DNA of 64,000 nucleotides from Convolutriloba macropyga (Eukaryota): NCBI RefSeq assembly GCF_964194025.1, contig NC_134468.1, positions 68,386,001 to 68,450,000 of the forward strand, read 5' to 3'. Shown piece by piece: positions 36,271 to 49,328 of this stretch (position 1 is its first letter; each line of letters starts with the position of its first letter). The notes under the pieces were generated by a model. It saw only the letters and a program-made list of their open reading frames with translations, ran no database searches and was not told where the DNA came from. The position numbers and the translations under genes were made by a program.

Positions 36271-37511
36271 GGGATATTCTTTACAGAAGGGATTTCTCCC
36301 GATCAAAACAGTTATAGAAAATTAGTCCATGTCACTCTGCAGTGTTGACAGTCACAACAGATCTGCCACGCGCAGACGTTTTCTGGTTTGTACCGCATCA
36401 CGATATCATTCCACATTTGCTTTAAAATTCTGTGTTTTAGGCTGTGTTGATTTCCGAAATCAATGCTGTGATGATGTCTGTTGGCTGTCCTTTGGGTGCG
36501 AAAGAAGAATTCGCCGCAAGATTTTTCGAGTCGTTTTTTTTATTAAGTCAAACAGTCGTCTCTTCTCATTGATCTGTTTCCAGGCAGCACCGGCTGTTTA
36601 GTATTTGTTGGTTGAGTTTGTTGGAAACTTGATAGTAGTAGAAGATCATTGAGCTGATAGTACATTGGCAAGGGTAATAGATCTGACAAACGTAGTTTTT
36701 CGATGTAAATCAGTGTATTGCCATTTGTTATCCAGGACACAACCTTTCGTTGAAACCGTTCCAAGTTTCGCATATCTCCTCGGTTTAATTTACAGCACGA
36801 GGATCCGTACATTAGAACTGGCAGAATCATCGATTTATAAAGTCCCAGTTTGATGCGCATATTAAATTTAAAGGCTACATTTCTTCTCAGGGAATAGAAG
36901 ACTCAGTTAGTTTTTTTCATTCTTTCTTCTAAGTGGATTTTCCAAGTCTAATCGGATTGTATCCGATTCATTAAGTCCTTTACACCAGCTGAGGTTTGGA
37001 GGAGACTTCCACACAGGTAGAAGTGGCTTTCTGGACCTTTGAACAAAACGTTGGCGCACTTTTAACAAAACTTTGGCGCGTTTTAATATAAAAAAGATGC
37101 ACTAAAACCATTGGTTTCAAGGCTAAAGAATTAGTTTAAAACTTGATTTATTACCTGAATTATGGCTGACACAAGTTTGATAGGATTCAGAAAAGAAAAT
37201 GGACCTGTGATTAGACAAAGCGCGGGCTTCGAGCGAATTCAACGAAACTGATATATCTTTGTTGACTTGGTTAATTTACCACGATGATAGAACCGATATT
37301 GGTTACCGACCAAAGCGAGGATTGAATTCATTCATTGAACACCAAGCTTACCATCACAGCTAACTAGTCTATCAAATCCTAATCTATTCAAACCAATTTT
37401 CTTCACCTTAATCTACTTAACAATTTAACTTCTAACTTCGCATTTTAACCAAGTACCACGCTCAATTTGCCAAAGAACGTAGGGTATTGCGCACGGGCGG
37501 CTACCATAACA
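36228..37511 (+). repeat. 3' LTR, interrupted after ~13 bp by a LINE (resumes ~37086)
   Basis: TGTCACACGTATA|LINE|TATAAAAAAGATG matches the uninterrupted 5' LTR start. The end at ...CCATAACA is tentative. Confidence 0.7.
36241..37085 (-). mobile_element. 5'-truncated non-LTR retrotransposon (CR1/L2-like) with (AAC)n tail
   Basis: KLGLYKSMILPVLMYGS...LERFQRKVVSWI...LLPLPMY (post-RT domain), C-terminal WQICCDCQHC, and (GTT)n at 36241-36270. Confidence 0.85.
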
Positions 37512-38154
37512 GCATTAAACGAGGTGTTGTCCCACAGAGGAAACGTTCTTTTGATGTTCCGGAATTCTAGTTGTAACCTGTCGACTGGTTTGGCCAAATT
37601 ACAAGGAACTGCATCCATTACATGGTACTTTATATACCACCTGCGATTTCAGATTTTTTTGAAAAGATGATTTCAGGGAGGGCAAGCAAGTTCTTAATTT
37701 TCTCGTGAAAATGATTTGAATGTCCCACATTTTTTCCAGTCTCATCGTAAACGTCTGAGTGATATTTTCTCTGTACTGAGCAAAAAAAATCGGTTTAAGC
37801 TCGTTTTTGATGAGTTTTAATATTTTTGAGATGTTCGTTTTCAGGGGTTTTTGCTGTAACCTTTTCTTGTGTGACTATTTTATCCAACGTCTCGTTGACA
37901 ATAGTGGAAGACCACTCATTTGGCTAGTCATTTTTAGTCCAGATCTGAGTTTTCTTAAGGGCTATATCAAAGGATTGCCAATCACTGGTTGTGAATGGCT
38001 AAGAATGGTAAATCGGCTAGCGAAGCACTCTGATTTTCGTCACTACGCCAGACTAAAAAATCGAATTCTGGAGATCATGTGGAGATTTGTCAATGAAACT
38101 TTTTCTGTAAGGAACATCTGTACGTAGCCAATCGCTAACGATTGTAACACATGA

Positions 38155-38625
38155 AGTAGACGTAGTAGTAGTAGTAAAGGCTTTAGGATTTAAACATAAA
38201 TAAATCCAAGGGTTTGTTAGACCCACATGAGTTCAGTCCAAAGGTAGTTTTAGTTTAGTCTAGTTTTTTCCAGTTATTGCAGTGGTCACATTTGCAAACA
38301 ATTCGCCAAGTGCATTTGTCCCTCTTGTCATATTTTCTCAGAAAGTAGTCCCAGTAGATTTTGGAGATGGTGTCTTTATTGAGATATTTTCCGTAGCTGG
38401 TGTACACTCTGATAATAATATTGTATAATAATTTTGTACGATGGAAGAAGTTTTCATCGGTTTTGTAGAGTCGATTCGTTCCGATCGTCAGTTCTCCTCT
38501 TGTATGCTGTCGAGTTTTATCTTCGGTGACTCTAGGTAGATCAACAACAACGTCGTATTCGTTTCTATCCAATGATATCAGAAGCAGGAGATTGTAAATG
38601 AAGGACAGTGACAGGACATTGTTTT
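38155..38625 (-). mobile_element. 3' remnant of a related non-LTR retrotransposon with (TAC)n tail
   Basis: LSLSFIYNLLLL, NFFHRTKLLYN, YWDYF and TWRIVCKCDHC; (GTA)n at ~38155-38176. Confidence 0.75.
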
Positions 38626-38827
38626 AATGGAGGCGATAGGGGGCAAGTTCCATTAGCTACGAAAACAATTCATTTCCCTCATTTAGATCAAATTAAGCTT
38701 TCTCTCCTTCGAAACTGTTTTTTCGCCTGTGAGGATGTAGGTCGCTGCTAATACAATAGCACGTGCTATTCACGTGAGTTAAAATTAACACGGTGACGTT
38801 GTCGTTTCTTCAAATCAAGAATTGAAA

Positions 38828-39082
38828 ATGGTTTCAAAATTCGCAGTTGCAATTATATGCATTGCCATTGTCCTTCTGACCTCTATAGATGCAACAGGGA
38901 AGACAGGTTGTATGACAGATGAAGATCGTAAGCCCGGGAAGTCTTGCAACCCCAAGAAGATTTGCGTAAGACGTCGAGGAGCTGCAATCAAGCGACAGTT
39001 CGGATGCATGGAAGACTCCGATTGTGATGAGGGATCATTTGGCAGCGATTTGAAAATTTGCGTAATTGGGGAAAGAACGTAG
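38828..39082 (+). CDS. Small secreted cysteine-rich peptide precursor (84 aa) with two repeated modules
   Basis: Signal peptide MVSKFAVAIICIAIVLLTSIDA; modules GCMTDEDRKPGKSCNPKKICV and FGCMEDSDCDEGSFGSDLKICV separated by RRR...KR. Confidence 0.7.
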   Translation: MVSKFAVAIICIAIVLLTSIDATGKTGCMTDEDRKPGKSCNPKKICVRRRGAAIKRQFGCMEDSDCDEGSFGSDLKICVIGERT

Positions 39083-40403
39083 AGAAGCACCACCTTACAA
39101 AAACTTTGAACTAAAATTTGAGTAACTAAGTGTATACAGTTAAATCCCTGATTATTCTGAAGGCATGTAAACTTTAACCTTTCGGTTATATTGTTAATTT
39201 ACATGTTTGGAGAAAGAAAAAAAAATTCGTCCTACGCCATTGTTCATATAAAAAATTTTGGGATGTTTTCAATTTCTGATGCTTCATATGAAACAATCTT
39301 GGATGTTAGTTTTACTTAATACTTGCTCTATTCGATTAATTCCACAGAATATTCAAAAGACGTTTGAAAGTCTAGTTTATTCGAATTAAGTAAGCATCAC
39401 GCGAGGTGGCTTATACAGTCATCGGCAGACGTCAGATGCTGAGTTGACGAAATGTCGAGTCGCCTGCTCAAAGGTGGCTCCAACTGCGGGAGGGGAGGCT
39501 AGACACCTAATTAATATGGTGATTTTTTAACCTTCTGATGCGGCTCCAAGAGTATACCATAGGGCTGTAAGTTTAAAGTACAATGCGATAAATTTAAATA
39601 CGCTGCTGTGATGTTTCATAGTGAGGGCTCGCTCTTCCGTCATACCTTCTTTTCTCATTTTATTAATATATGTTTCGTATGTATCATTTTATTTTATGTA
39701 TAAAATTAAAACAAAGAGATTCATAGTAAGATTTGAAAATAATGTCTTCTACCTGGACAATGTTTTGCGAGCGTCGAAGCTGACGTAATGTGATGCTCTA
39801 CCCTGGAGGGATTCTTTCAGACACTCAATCAAGATGTAAATCCAAAAAGAACGCGTGTTTTAATCTTATATTGGCAAGACAGCTGTGTACGTGATCTTGA
39901 ATCCACCTCTGGTTACCAAATTCCTCTAATTGAGATAGTTAAACCGTAGAATTTCATCTGATAAACTTTTACGTCTATTACAATTTATACGCAAATGGAG
40001 CGTATCAATTATTACGGAGAAATCCCTGCTCATCTGAAGCGTCTTAAGTGTTGTTTTTATTCGAAAAACAGAGTTCTGCAAACTAATAGTAAATGATGTG
40101 ATTGGTTTTTTGGATTTTTTTGAGGTATTTTGGCCAGCAGTTGAAACCAATTATCCTTCGATTTTATTTTGAATATCGCGTTGAAGATCTGCTATTCTAT
40201 TAGCAAATATGGGCGAAGAATTATCAAATGTTTGTACGGTTTTCATAGGCTCTTCTCTATTTCAAGCATTTCTTGTATCCCAATGCGCAATTTTGCTCAA
40301 TTCTGATTGGTTCCTTTTTAATAGCGTGTTTTAAATCAAGGTAAATTTTTCAGTTTAATTTTGAGCGCGCACTGCTTGGAATTTATTGTGACGCTAGTGG
40401 AAT

Positions 40404-40693
40404 ATGGCCTGCACGTGGTGTTTCAACCATCTGTTTCCCACTGAGGAGGGCGAGCAGGCTTGCGAAGATGGAGAAACACTCGGAATGTATTGTCCGAAAG
40501 AAGAGAAAGATGCGTGTGGCGTGGGATTTGCGGTCAATATCAATGGCGAGCCCCTTAGAAGCATTGTCGAAAGCGGTAGAACCATCTTAGAAAGAATGGA
40601 GCATCGTGGTGGAGTTGGTTGTGATAATACGACTGGAGACGGCGCTGGAATTCTTATCTCCATACCTCACCATTTCTACAAATACATGCTAAT
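40404..40693 (+). CDS. GLT1: Glutamate synthase (GOGAT) first coding exon, class II glutamine amidotransferase N-terminus
   Basis: [41 protein letters not shown] are hallmark glutamate synthase motifs. Candidate donor GTTAGT at 40694. No later exon recognised in the window. Confidence 0.9.
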
Positions 40694-43189
40694 GTTAGTT
40701 CCTTAGGCTTCCGTAAATTTGAAAGCTCTTGCAATTTTTTGTGCGCAATTTTGTTATTCATTATAGCTTTTGAACAATTCTGTTTGCTTGAAAGCGTTTA
40801 TTAGCTGCTTACAAAATATACGGGACCTTATTGTCTTCTTATACAAACTTTCGTGTGATCGACCTTCCCTGCAAATGGGATAATATGGTAAAGCCCGAGG
40901 GCAATAAGTTGTAGTATCTTTTTTCCTTAGATGTATATTGACAGACAAGCTATGCTAACTTACCTAAGCTTGATACGTTAGTCGGTTATGTTCCTTAATA
41001 GCAGCCAAACTATTCTGATGACTCCACATACTTCTTTATAGAGCGCTATATTTTAATTCAACTGCGGTCCTGCCTAACATCCTGCGGTCTAAAAAAGAGT
41101 ATTGATACCGAGCACACAATACTTTAACCACGCAGTTTTGAGTGTTATTGTTTCGACCCAGCGGAAACAGGAATTGAGAAGAGAAAAGTTTGTTATTTGA
41201 TTTTTTTTTATCGTGCTACTTACTTTTTCATATTTGAATAATAAACTGGTGTTCGATTAACTTTCCGACATTCAAGGGCAAGGTTTAGCATTGAAGTTCA
41301 CTTGTGCGATTTTCAAATGTTTCATCGTTTTCAATTGTTCTCAAACAAATTTGGGGCATCCTATCGGTCTATATAGAAAGCACAGTTTCACGGTGTATGA
41401 TGTAAATGTTTATTGTAGCGCACCCAACTTTCTTCTTTACTCACACAATTAGTTTAACTGACCTTAAAGTTTAAGCTAGCTCTTAACAAAGCCAGTTGTT
41501 TGAATGCAGTTTAGCATACGACGTCAGTGTGTTCTTTTTGGTAGCATTTGTAGTGTTTTCTGTCAAAGGGGGTCGCTGCTCTGTTCAGCTGTTGCAAATT
41601 TATTGCTGGCTTTTTACTTCCAAAACAAAATGAGAAGCCGATTATATAACTAGAGACAGCTTGTGAGCCGATTATGTAACTAGTCATTTTATCTCAACTT
41701 ATTAATCGTGTATGTCAAATAAATGTGTAATAATTATTATTTTAAATAATGTTGACTTCAAAATTGAATAAATTATTGCTTTCTTCAATAAAAGTTATCA
41801 AAAATTGGGAAATCGGGTTTGTTTTCAGCGGTCACTTTTACTTTTGCATAGACATGATGCAATTGGAAGTACTCCAAAATTGAAAGGTACTTTTCAAGGT
41901 TTCTATTTAGCCGCCAGTGCAAACAATTTATTGCTTTCTTGGCACGGTTTTTCCCGGAGTGTAAATCTTTTTTAAAGACGGTGAGTTATACAACTTTAAC
42001 GGTGAGTTTACTCTCAGCTGTTTGTTTTTTGGTGGATGAATCCTCCGTCAGCTAGTGGTAGAGCAATTTGGTTTTTGTTGCTCCCCAGTGTCCACTTTTC
42101 TACCACTTTGGACAGTCAATGCATGTAGATCCCAAACTGGTTTTTTCGATACAGGAACAAGTTTTCAAATTTTGGGTATAAAAGTTTTCGAGGTTGGTCT
42201 TGTCTTGTTTGAGTAGCTTCTGCCACGTTTTTTTTTCGGCTCCTTTCGATTAAAATTTTGAAAACGGAAAACAAAGGACTATGGTATGGGAAATTTTTTG
42301 CATATAACAGTCAGGTGAGGGTAGCCAATCCAAACCATGAATAAACTTTGAGACCACCGATAAGATTTGTGTTCAGTTGATGAAAGTGTATTGAATAATG
42401 TTGGTGACAGAAAGATTGTTTGCAAATTTTTCTGTTTGTTTATAAAACGAGCCTTTTTTTGTCGAATGCTTTCAATGTCTTGGAAAATTGCATGCAACTT
42501 CAACAGTCCAATGAACAGTCCACTTTTTTTGAAAGTGCTCACATCCAAGCAGAAAGGAAGGCCGTCTCCAAGATGCTCGTTTCTTGCTGGACTGGGTAGC
42601 TTTTGATGATAAATTGAAAACAATTTTTTTAAAAAAATGAATTTTACCCTTTTTTTGTCTACTTTTTGTATTCTTTTTTTGAAGAAGGCTATTGCCTTCT
42701 TGATTATTTCGCGATGTATTTCTCATACAGATTTTTAAGCTGAACCCATTTGCGCGGTGCTATGTCGCGATTATTTATCACAGAAAGTTAAGAGTGGCTC
42801 TTTTACTAGAGGAGCTTTAAACCTCCTAACACTGTATTGTTTAGTTGAGCCAGAGTATAATCTAGGCTCTGATGCTGGTATCCTTTGAGAGCAGATCATC
42901 AATCGTCGTTGTTGAATTACAGGTTACCCGTAAACTAGAAAAGCTTTGAGAACTCTGGTTTTCCTTTAGCTATTAAATTTGAAGTTTGTGAGGTAAATTT
43001 GTGAAGCTCTAAAAGCCATTGAGCAAATAAAAACTCAAACCGTATTACTGTTTGCACTGGTTCTGAATTTTAATTTTTTGTTTCATCAATTGCATGCTTC
43101 GTTTGATACTTATTAATTGCACTCAACTGAAGCAATTATTGTAAACGTCTTTTTGTAAAGTCTTTTTGCGAGTATTTAGAGTCTACAGG

Positions 43190-43662
43190 TTTTTACGACT
43201 CGAAGAGGAGTATTGAGACTCTAAAGATTTTTTTAGCTGACTGTTTTTGAACATTGAATTCTGTTTTAGAACGTTGACTCTTGTTTGCGAACGTCGGACT
43301 TTAACAGTAGCATAGGTACTAATACATAGAAATTAAGAACTGCTGGTAGTTCTCAAGGTTAAAAGGTGAATGAGAAATTTTCCCATAACACTCTCTTCCT
43401 ATTCCAACTACGGACTCCACCCCCACCTAACCCGACCTACCCCTACCGCGCCCTCCTAGAGGAACTACACCCTCCACCTACCCCAGCCTACCCAGACCCC
43501 TAAACTAAAAGCTGTGGCCTCGTTTAAACCTTGTCTACAGTTTCATTGGGCCAATTTTTCCTCGTTATTTCTTTTCTTTGATATTTCCTATTAGGTAAGG
43601 CTAGGAGTGTAACTATTTTGCACAACTCTTCGAGTCGTTTCCGGTATTCTACCAGCTATGTT
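43190..43662 (+). mobile_element. Helentron-type non-autonomous element, family B (also ~52560-53292 and ~55252-56865)
   Basis: Subterminal IR CGACTCGAAG (43196) / CTTCGAGTCG (43628), then hairpin-like CCGGTATTCTACCAG and CTATG-T run; internal C-rich tract. Confidence 0.55.
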
Positions 43663-46600
43663 TTTTTAAGCTGACGCAAGTTTGTTCATGACTTGAACTT
43701 TTGACGTATGTTTCCGAGCGTTGACTTCTGTTTTAGAACGTTGACTTCTGTTTTCAAGCATTGGACTTAGACCCTTTTAACAGTAGCTTACCTTGTAATA
43801 TATAGTAATTTGGAACTGCTGATAATATTCAATGTGAAAAGGTCACTTCGAGAGTTTTTGATCCCACATAAGTCCCTCCTGCTTTTCTGATCTACCCCTT
43901 GATGTTTCAGTGCTGGTGTTTCGATATCTTTCAAAATTTGAGTGAGAGAACATTTTCCGCGAATTGTTCTCAAAACGATCTTTTTTAAAAAATGTAAAAA
44001 TAGTAGCACGTGTACGAACTTTTAAGGTGTTACGAGTCTCTGTCTTATTTTTGTCTATTGAACCGATCATTCATGGTAGTGATTCCGTTGTTCCTCATGA
44101 AATGGCAAAAGTTGCTAAGGAGTTCTTTAAGAGCTTACGGCAGTCTAATTGTACGTTTCACAGCAAATACAGGGGAGACATAATTTGCTAGAGTAAAGGA
44201 CAATTTTGGCACATACTAAACCCCACACTTTTCTGCCGTACACTTCTCTCTTAAGAGACCAGGATAAATTTCACCTTGCTGCAAGCAAAGCAAGTAGTTT
44301 GAGAGCAATTTGGCGACGTTTTTCGGTTGTTTGTTTTATTTAATAACCGCACAGCGATAGCTGGGGCTCTTATTGGCCTTCTCTTGGTTTTTTAAAATTC
44401 AAAGAATTTGAATTAAATTTTCATGCTTTTTGAAGTCAAATTGGAATGGTGATTTTGGTCACGCCGAAACAGGAAGTGGAGCGAAAAAGCGCGTGGTTTT
44501 GCGGTGTGAAATTTTTTCACTCTAATTTTAACTTAGTGCGAGAAAACGGTGTTTGAACAAAATTTCAATTTTGTGGATCGGATTTTTTTTTCAATTTTTT
44601 GGATCGGATTTTTTTTCCAATTGGTTTTCTCAATGCATTCGGAGTTCATTCAAGGCTTAATTTTTCATTTGAACCAAATGTTTCATTCTAGCTAGTTGAT
44701 TTGGTTCAGATGTGGAATTTTGACATTGATTTTGATTTTTTTTAAATTTTTTCATCTGATTTTTTATAAACGGTTTTCCCAATTCACTCATAGTCCGTTC
44801 TAGGTCAAGTTTTTGTTTAGTTAATTAAAATTCTTTGAGTTGTACGTCAGGACTTGTCCTGCTGTTTTTTTTATTTCGTCAAGAGTTTTTTGTTCATTCG
44901 CGTGATTAAGTTTTGGTCACGGGTGACTTACCTCGCGCTCAAAAATGATTTCCTGACTCTGAAACTGACTTTTTTTGTTAATTGAAGAGATAAGGTCAAG
45001 TGAGTATGAGATAAGAGAAAAGAGATAAGGTCAAGAGTGCGTATCACTCTAATTGAAGTTTATTTGAGAGCAGCTACTAGAAGCAGCATTAACTTAAACA
45101 GATTCTTAATCAAAATATAACATCTCAGCATCTAATAAAATCATTTTTCGGTCTTTCTCTTGCCATCTTTTTGAGATTGCACATCTACAAAGCCATTGCG
45201 GCCATTTTTTGGCAATCTGCCAGCTACGTTTTAGATTATTTGGTCGGAATTCACAGGCATGACTATGATTGGAAGGTTTTGCGTTACAGCATTTTTTGAC
45301 AGGCAAATATTGATTCTATTGTTCCGAAGATTTAATTCGAAAATTGTTTTTTTTTCGCTCACTATGCCGTTTTTGGTTAATCAATGAACGTAAGGGCAGG
45401 CTACAAAATAGGTGCTTGCGTCATTGTAGTAAGATTAGACTAAATGAACAACTTAGTTGAATTAGAATGAAGCAATCTATATATGGTAAAATCCCATTGT
45501 GATTTCCTTTCTGTTCTCGTCATGTGATGCCTTTTATTGTTCCGTTTTTGACACAGACAAAATATTTGTTTGTTCACGTGTTTCGCTGAGGTGAAATGTG
45601 AAATCATTCTTTACTCTCCGTTGGTGAATTAAAGAAGAATTGCGAATGAGAGAAACACAGCCGACTGAGATTTTAGCCGAAGATTTTTTAGAGGAGTAAT
45701 GTCTATACAATGCTAATTTTGATCATGTTTGAATGGAACATTTTGAATGTGTCATTTTTCCCCTTAATTAGTTTAATCTGATTTTTACATTATAATTTTT
45801 TAAATTAACATAAAAACGACTTTTCTACCCTGGTGTTTCGAAATAATAATTATGCGTGAACTATCAAATCTTTAAGCGACAAAGTTTATGGGAAAACTTA
45901 GGTTTTGAGGTGTGATATTTTCGATTTTATGGAAATTGAAATTAATTGAGCTTGAATAAAAATGCTGTAATCTATGGAACCATGAACAACAAAATAGGAA
46001 GGTTGTTTCATTCATTGGTATGTTTGTACGGTTGGTTTGATGCGTTGGGTGAACTGAACAGCGGGAATTTCTGACTCTCCTTTTTTCTTCCCCGTTGGAG
46101 CCTTTTTTTCCTATCATTTCCCCCTCATACAACTTGGTAAAAGCTGCTTAGGCATGTTTTGCCGCAATTCCCCGTAGTCCTAACATAATGATTGCACGAG
46201 AAATTACAGATAGCAAAAACAATCTCAAGTAACCTTTGAAATTTCAATTGAATCCAGACGAAGATTCCTAATTCGTGGTAATTGTTTGGCCATTTTAGCC
46301 GCCAAAAACTTGTCGAATGCAAGGGTTGAATTGGCTTGAAGTCTGTGCATAGACCACACAGTTGAAGGAATCAGTTTCCCTCCAAAGGCTAACGTTTTCC
46401 CTTAAATCTGTATTGTTTGAAGGACGCCTGGTTAAATTGGGATGCGTATACCCTGGGTTACATGGCTGGTTGGTAGGATAAGATTGTGGTGTGAACAAAA
46501 ACAGGCGAGGCTTATCGCAAAGGGAGGAGGAGGCTGCCCATTTTAGTCACAGCAGACGCTCCATTAGTGCCTATAAAGGACTGGTGGCTCTTTTAGCAAC

Positions 46601-47837
46601 ATAAAATAATTGGCAGATTTATATATACTCTAAGATTTTTTGAAACAATTTGTTTTTCATTTTTCACGAAATATAGTGAAACTAGGGTTATAGGGTCAGG
46701 TTGCGTGATAGTGTTTCAACGGTTGGTTGATATTGCAGTATTGTACATGGAAACTGAGTTAAACGATGGTGTTGGAATCACCAAATGAATTTGAGGCATT
46801 GGTTGCTTTAGTGTTAAACGGGTAACAAAAGAAAAATTTCCTGGTAATATGCTCGAAGGAAAGGTTCTGCTGTTTATATATAAGAACTGTTCTGCGTACA
46901 TCTTTGAGTAGAAGTATGTTTGTCGTCTGCTAATTGAGCGTGGTATGTGTCGTACTAATCAGGTCTTATTGTGTCTGTTTGTTCACATGGACTGCTAAGC
47001 CTAATTGCTATCGTAAATCTCCTCTTTTTCCTCATCTATTGCTGCTCCTGCTTATGAAGTTGAAAGAGTGAAATGAATGGCTTTGTGGAAGAAAAGGTGT
47101 TTTGAAGGCACTACTTCATTGACTGTACTGAGTCTGCCTTGAACTACGCGCTCTTCATGTTGTATTTTAATTGAGTAGCTAATTTTATGGCTGTATATCT
47201 TTTCATGTGGCAAATTAATCTTAGTGATTGCCTGTTTTGTGGCGTGTAGCTCCCGAAAATAACTTCCCATAATTTAACTATTGAAAATACTGCATAAATA
47301 ATTGTGAAATAAATATTAGATGCACAATGATAAACAAGAAGGATCGCTTGTTCTGTGCGTGGCACAGAATGTTCCCCCAAAATCGCACTTGAAAGCATAA
47401 TATAAATCAAATCAATATATCGAGAATAATATTTCAGAAACGTTTGTTTTAGCACTGAACGCTTGTTTTGATCACGCTGCTATAAAGCATAAAAATGCCT
47501 ACAAGACTAATTTAAAACAAAGTAGCTCTAAAAAGTGTGTGATTTAAATAAGAAAGCTCAGCTTTCCTCTTCACATCATAGAAGATGTTTTTCAGAAATA
47601 GCCGTTCGCGCCCTGAAGCTTAATGTTTTTTTGTTACCCGTGCTGCTTCAGCGTGATGCTGTGTCCTCATGTGCCCCCTCAAATTTGACTTCTAAAACTC
47701 AACTCATAATCATCAAAAATTATGAAGAGTTCTTCAAAAAGACTACACCCAAAAACGATCTAAATTACATGAAATTGCAACTCAATAATAGCTGAAGGAG
47801 TACGTGGATCTGCTCCTAACAACTCATTTTCGTTATT

Positions 47838-48380
47838 AATAGCCGCGTCAGTAATTCCATGCGGGTATTATTGCGCTCCTATTTTTTTTTATCGTCTAAC
47901 AGGTTTTTGTTTCGTCTGACCCTGACTTCTTGGAATTTACTTTTTCAATGACTTCGATGTCTTCTACTGCTTTGCAGTTAAAATTTGTGTTCGTGACGTC
48001 ATTTCTGCTTTTAGGTCAATTGCGTGACAACCTTACTCAAAAAAGACTTCTGAACTCACTTATAGAACTTTAAGTTTTATGAACATTTACTAATTGAAGG
48101 TCAATAGTGTGCATCTAAGTAGTGCCAAACTTATATGCCATAATTCCTGAGTAATAGAGTCTTGATTTTTAATATCGAATATTAATTTTGCAAAAGCTCC
48201 ATTAGAGTTTTTTCCTTGTAGAGCCAGTCTTTCTCATAAAAATGACAGTCCGAATCTAACCAAAAAAAGTCGAGTGGTCTATTAAAAAGCTGGTGGTCGA
48301 TCTGTCAATCTTATTTCTTTAGTTGTTTCATATCATGATAGGCCACAAGCGGCTATTTTCCGGCAATCTGCCGGCTATGT
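47838..48380 (+). mobile_element. Helentron-type non-autonomous element, family A
   Basis: 5' AATAGCCGC, 3' GCGGCTATT, then hairpin CCGGCAATCTGCCGG and CTATGTTT. Confidence 0.55.
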
Positions 48381-49328
48381 TTGCTTTAATGAATGACACA
48401 AATATGTTTGTGGAGACATTGACAAAACGATAAGATACTTGCCTGAAACAATTGCCTGAATTGTGGGTAGAAAGATAATGGTTAATTTCCAAAAACAAAA
48501 TTCCTAAAATTTCTCTTTGTAGTGAAATTTTAGACGCAGAGAGCTTCAATTTGATACCAAATATTCTAGCCTGGGCTGCTTTCAAAAAGTCAAAATTTGC
48601 CTGAACAAAAAAGTGGGGCTAGCATAGGAATTCCCCCATTTTTGTGTTAAAAATGTGGGAACAATTACCTGTTGTAGAAAACAGGAGGACTTTGATAGTA
48701 CTTTTCATGGACTTTGAGTGAACCCCATAGTGTCGATCTAATAGTGTTTTGATCCATAAAATATTTTCATGTAAGGACCACAAAATTTTACCTTTTAAAG
48801 GCACCCTTTCGGCAACTTTTTTAAAGTTTTGCGCCAAATCGGTTACAGGCTGGTAATTGAACGCTTATCGTGCTACGGGAATTTTAAGGATCGGTTTCAA
48901 ATATCTCATTTGGCAGATATTTTGCAGGTTTTTAGATTCGTAGGATTTCTCCAAACAAGCTATTGCACGACTATGATTCGAATTTTGAGGCCCAATCAGA
49001 TGCTATCTAGTTTATAAATTCAGAAAAGTTTGTAGCAATTATGTTACTCCGGTCGGTCTTTTTCGTATTACCGACCTATCGTCTGATAGTTTTTTCGTCA
49101 TTTTTTTCAAAGTGCAGTGGAGTGAGGAAACGGTGTTTGAACAAATGTTCTGTTTTTGAGAAAAAGCTTTTCAGCAGCGATTGGAATTGGTTATCAATAT
49201 TTTTCTTTATTTATGGACTGTTTTTTTTCATTAGTTGTTAAATTCCATTCCTGGTCGTTTAGATGTCTATTTTTTGGTTAATTTACTGAAACACTTTGAA
49301 TCGTAGTTCAGAGACTTGTCCTGCTTTT

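Larger units (their letters stand above)
1785..37511 (+). mobile_element. Decayed env-bearing Ty3/Gypsy LTR retroelement, expanded by internal duplications and nested insertions
   Basis: Domain order gag-PR-RT-RH-INT. Matching LTR starts TGTAACACGTATA (1785) and TGTCACACGTATA (36228). Polypurine tract immediately before 36228. The right boundary (TAACA at 37511) is tentative and no TSD was found. Confidence 0.8.

Noticed and set aside
35998-36317. Poly-Q / poly-V ORFs
   Set aside because: Produced by the (GTT)n LINE tail.
1780-37516. Target-site duplication and primer-binding site for the LTR element
   Set aside because: The flanks (GTGGT vs GCATT) do not match, and the PBS region is lost with the 5' LTR truncation.
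39380-39830. GC-richer patch that might be a structured ncRNA
   Set aside because: No recognisable family motif or convincing fold by eye.
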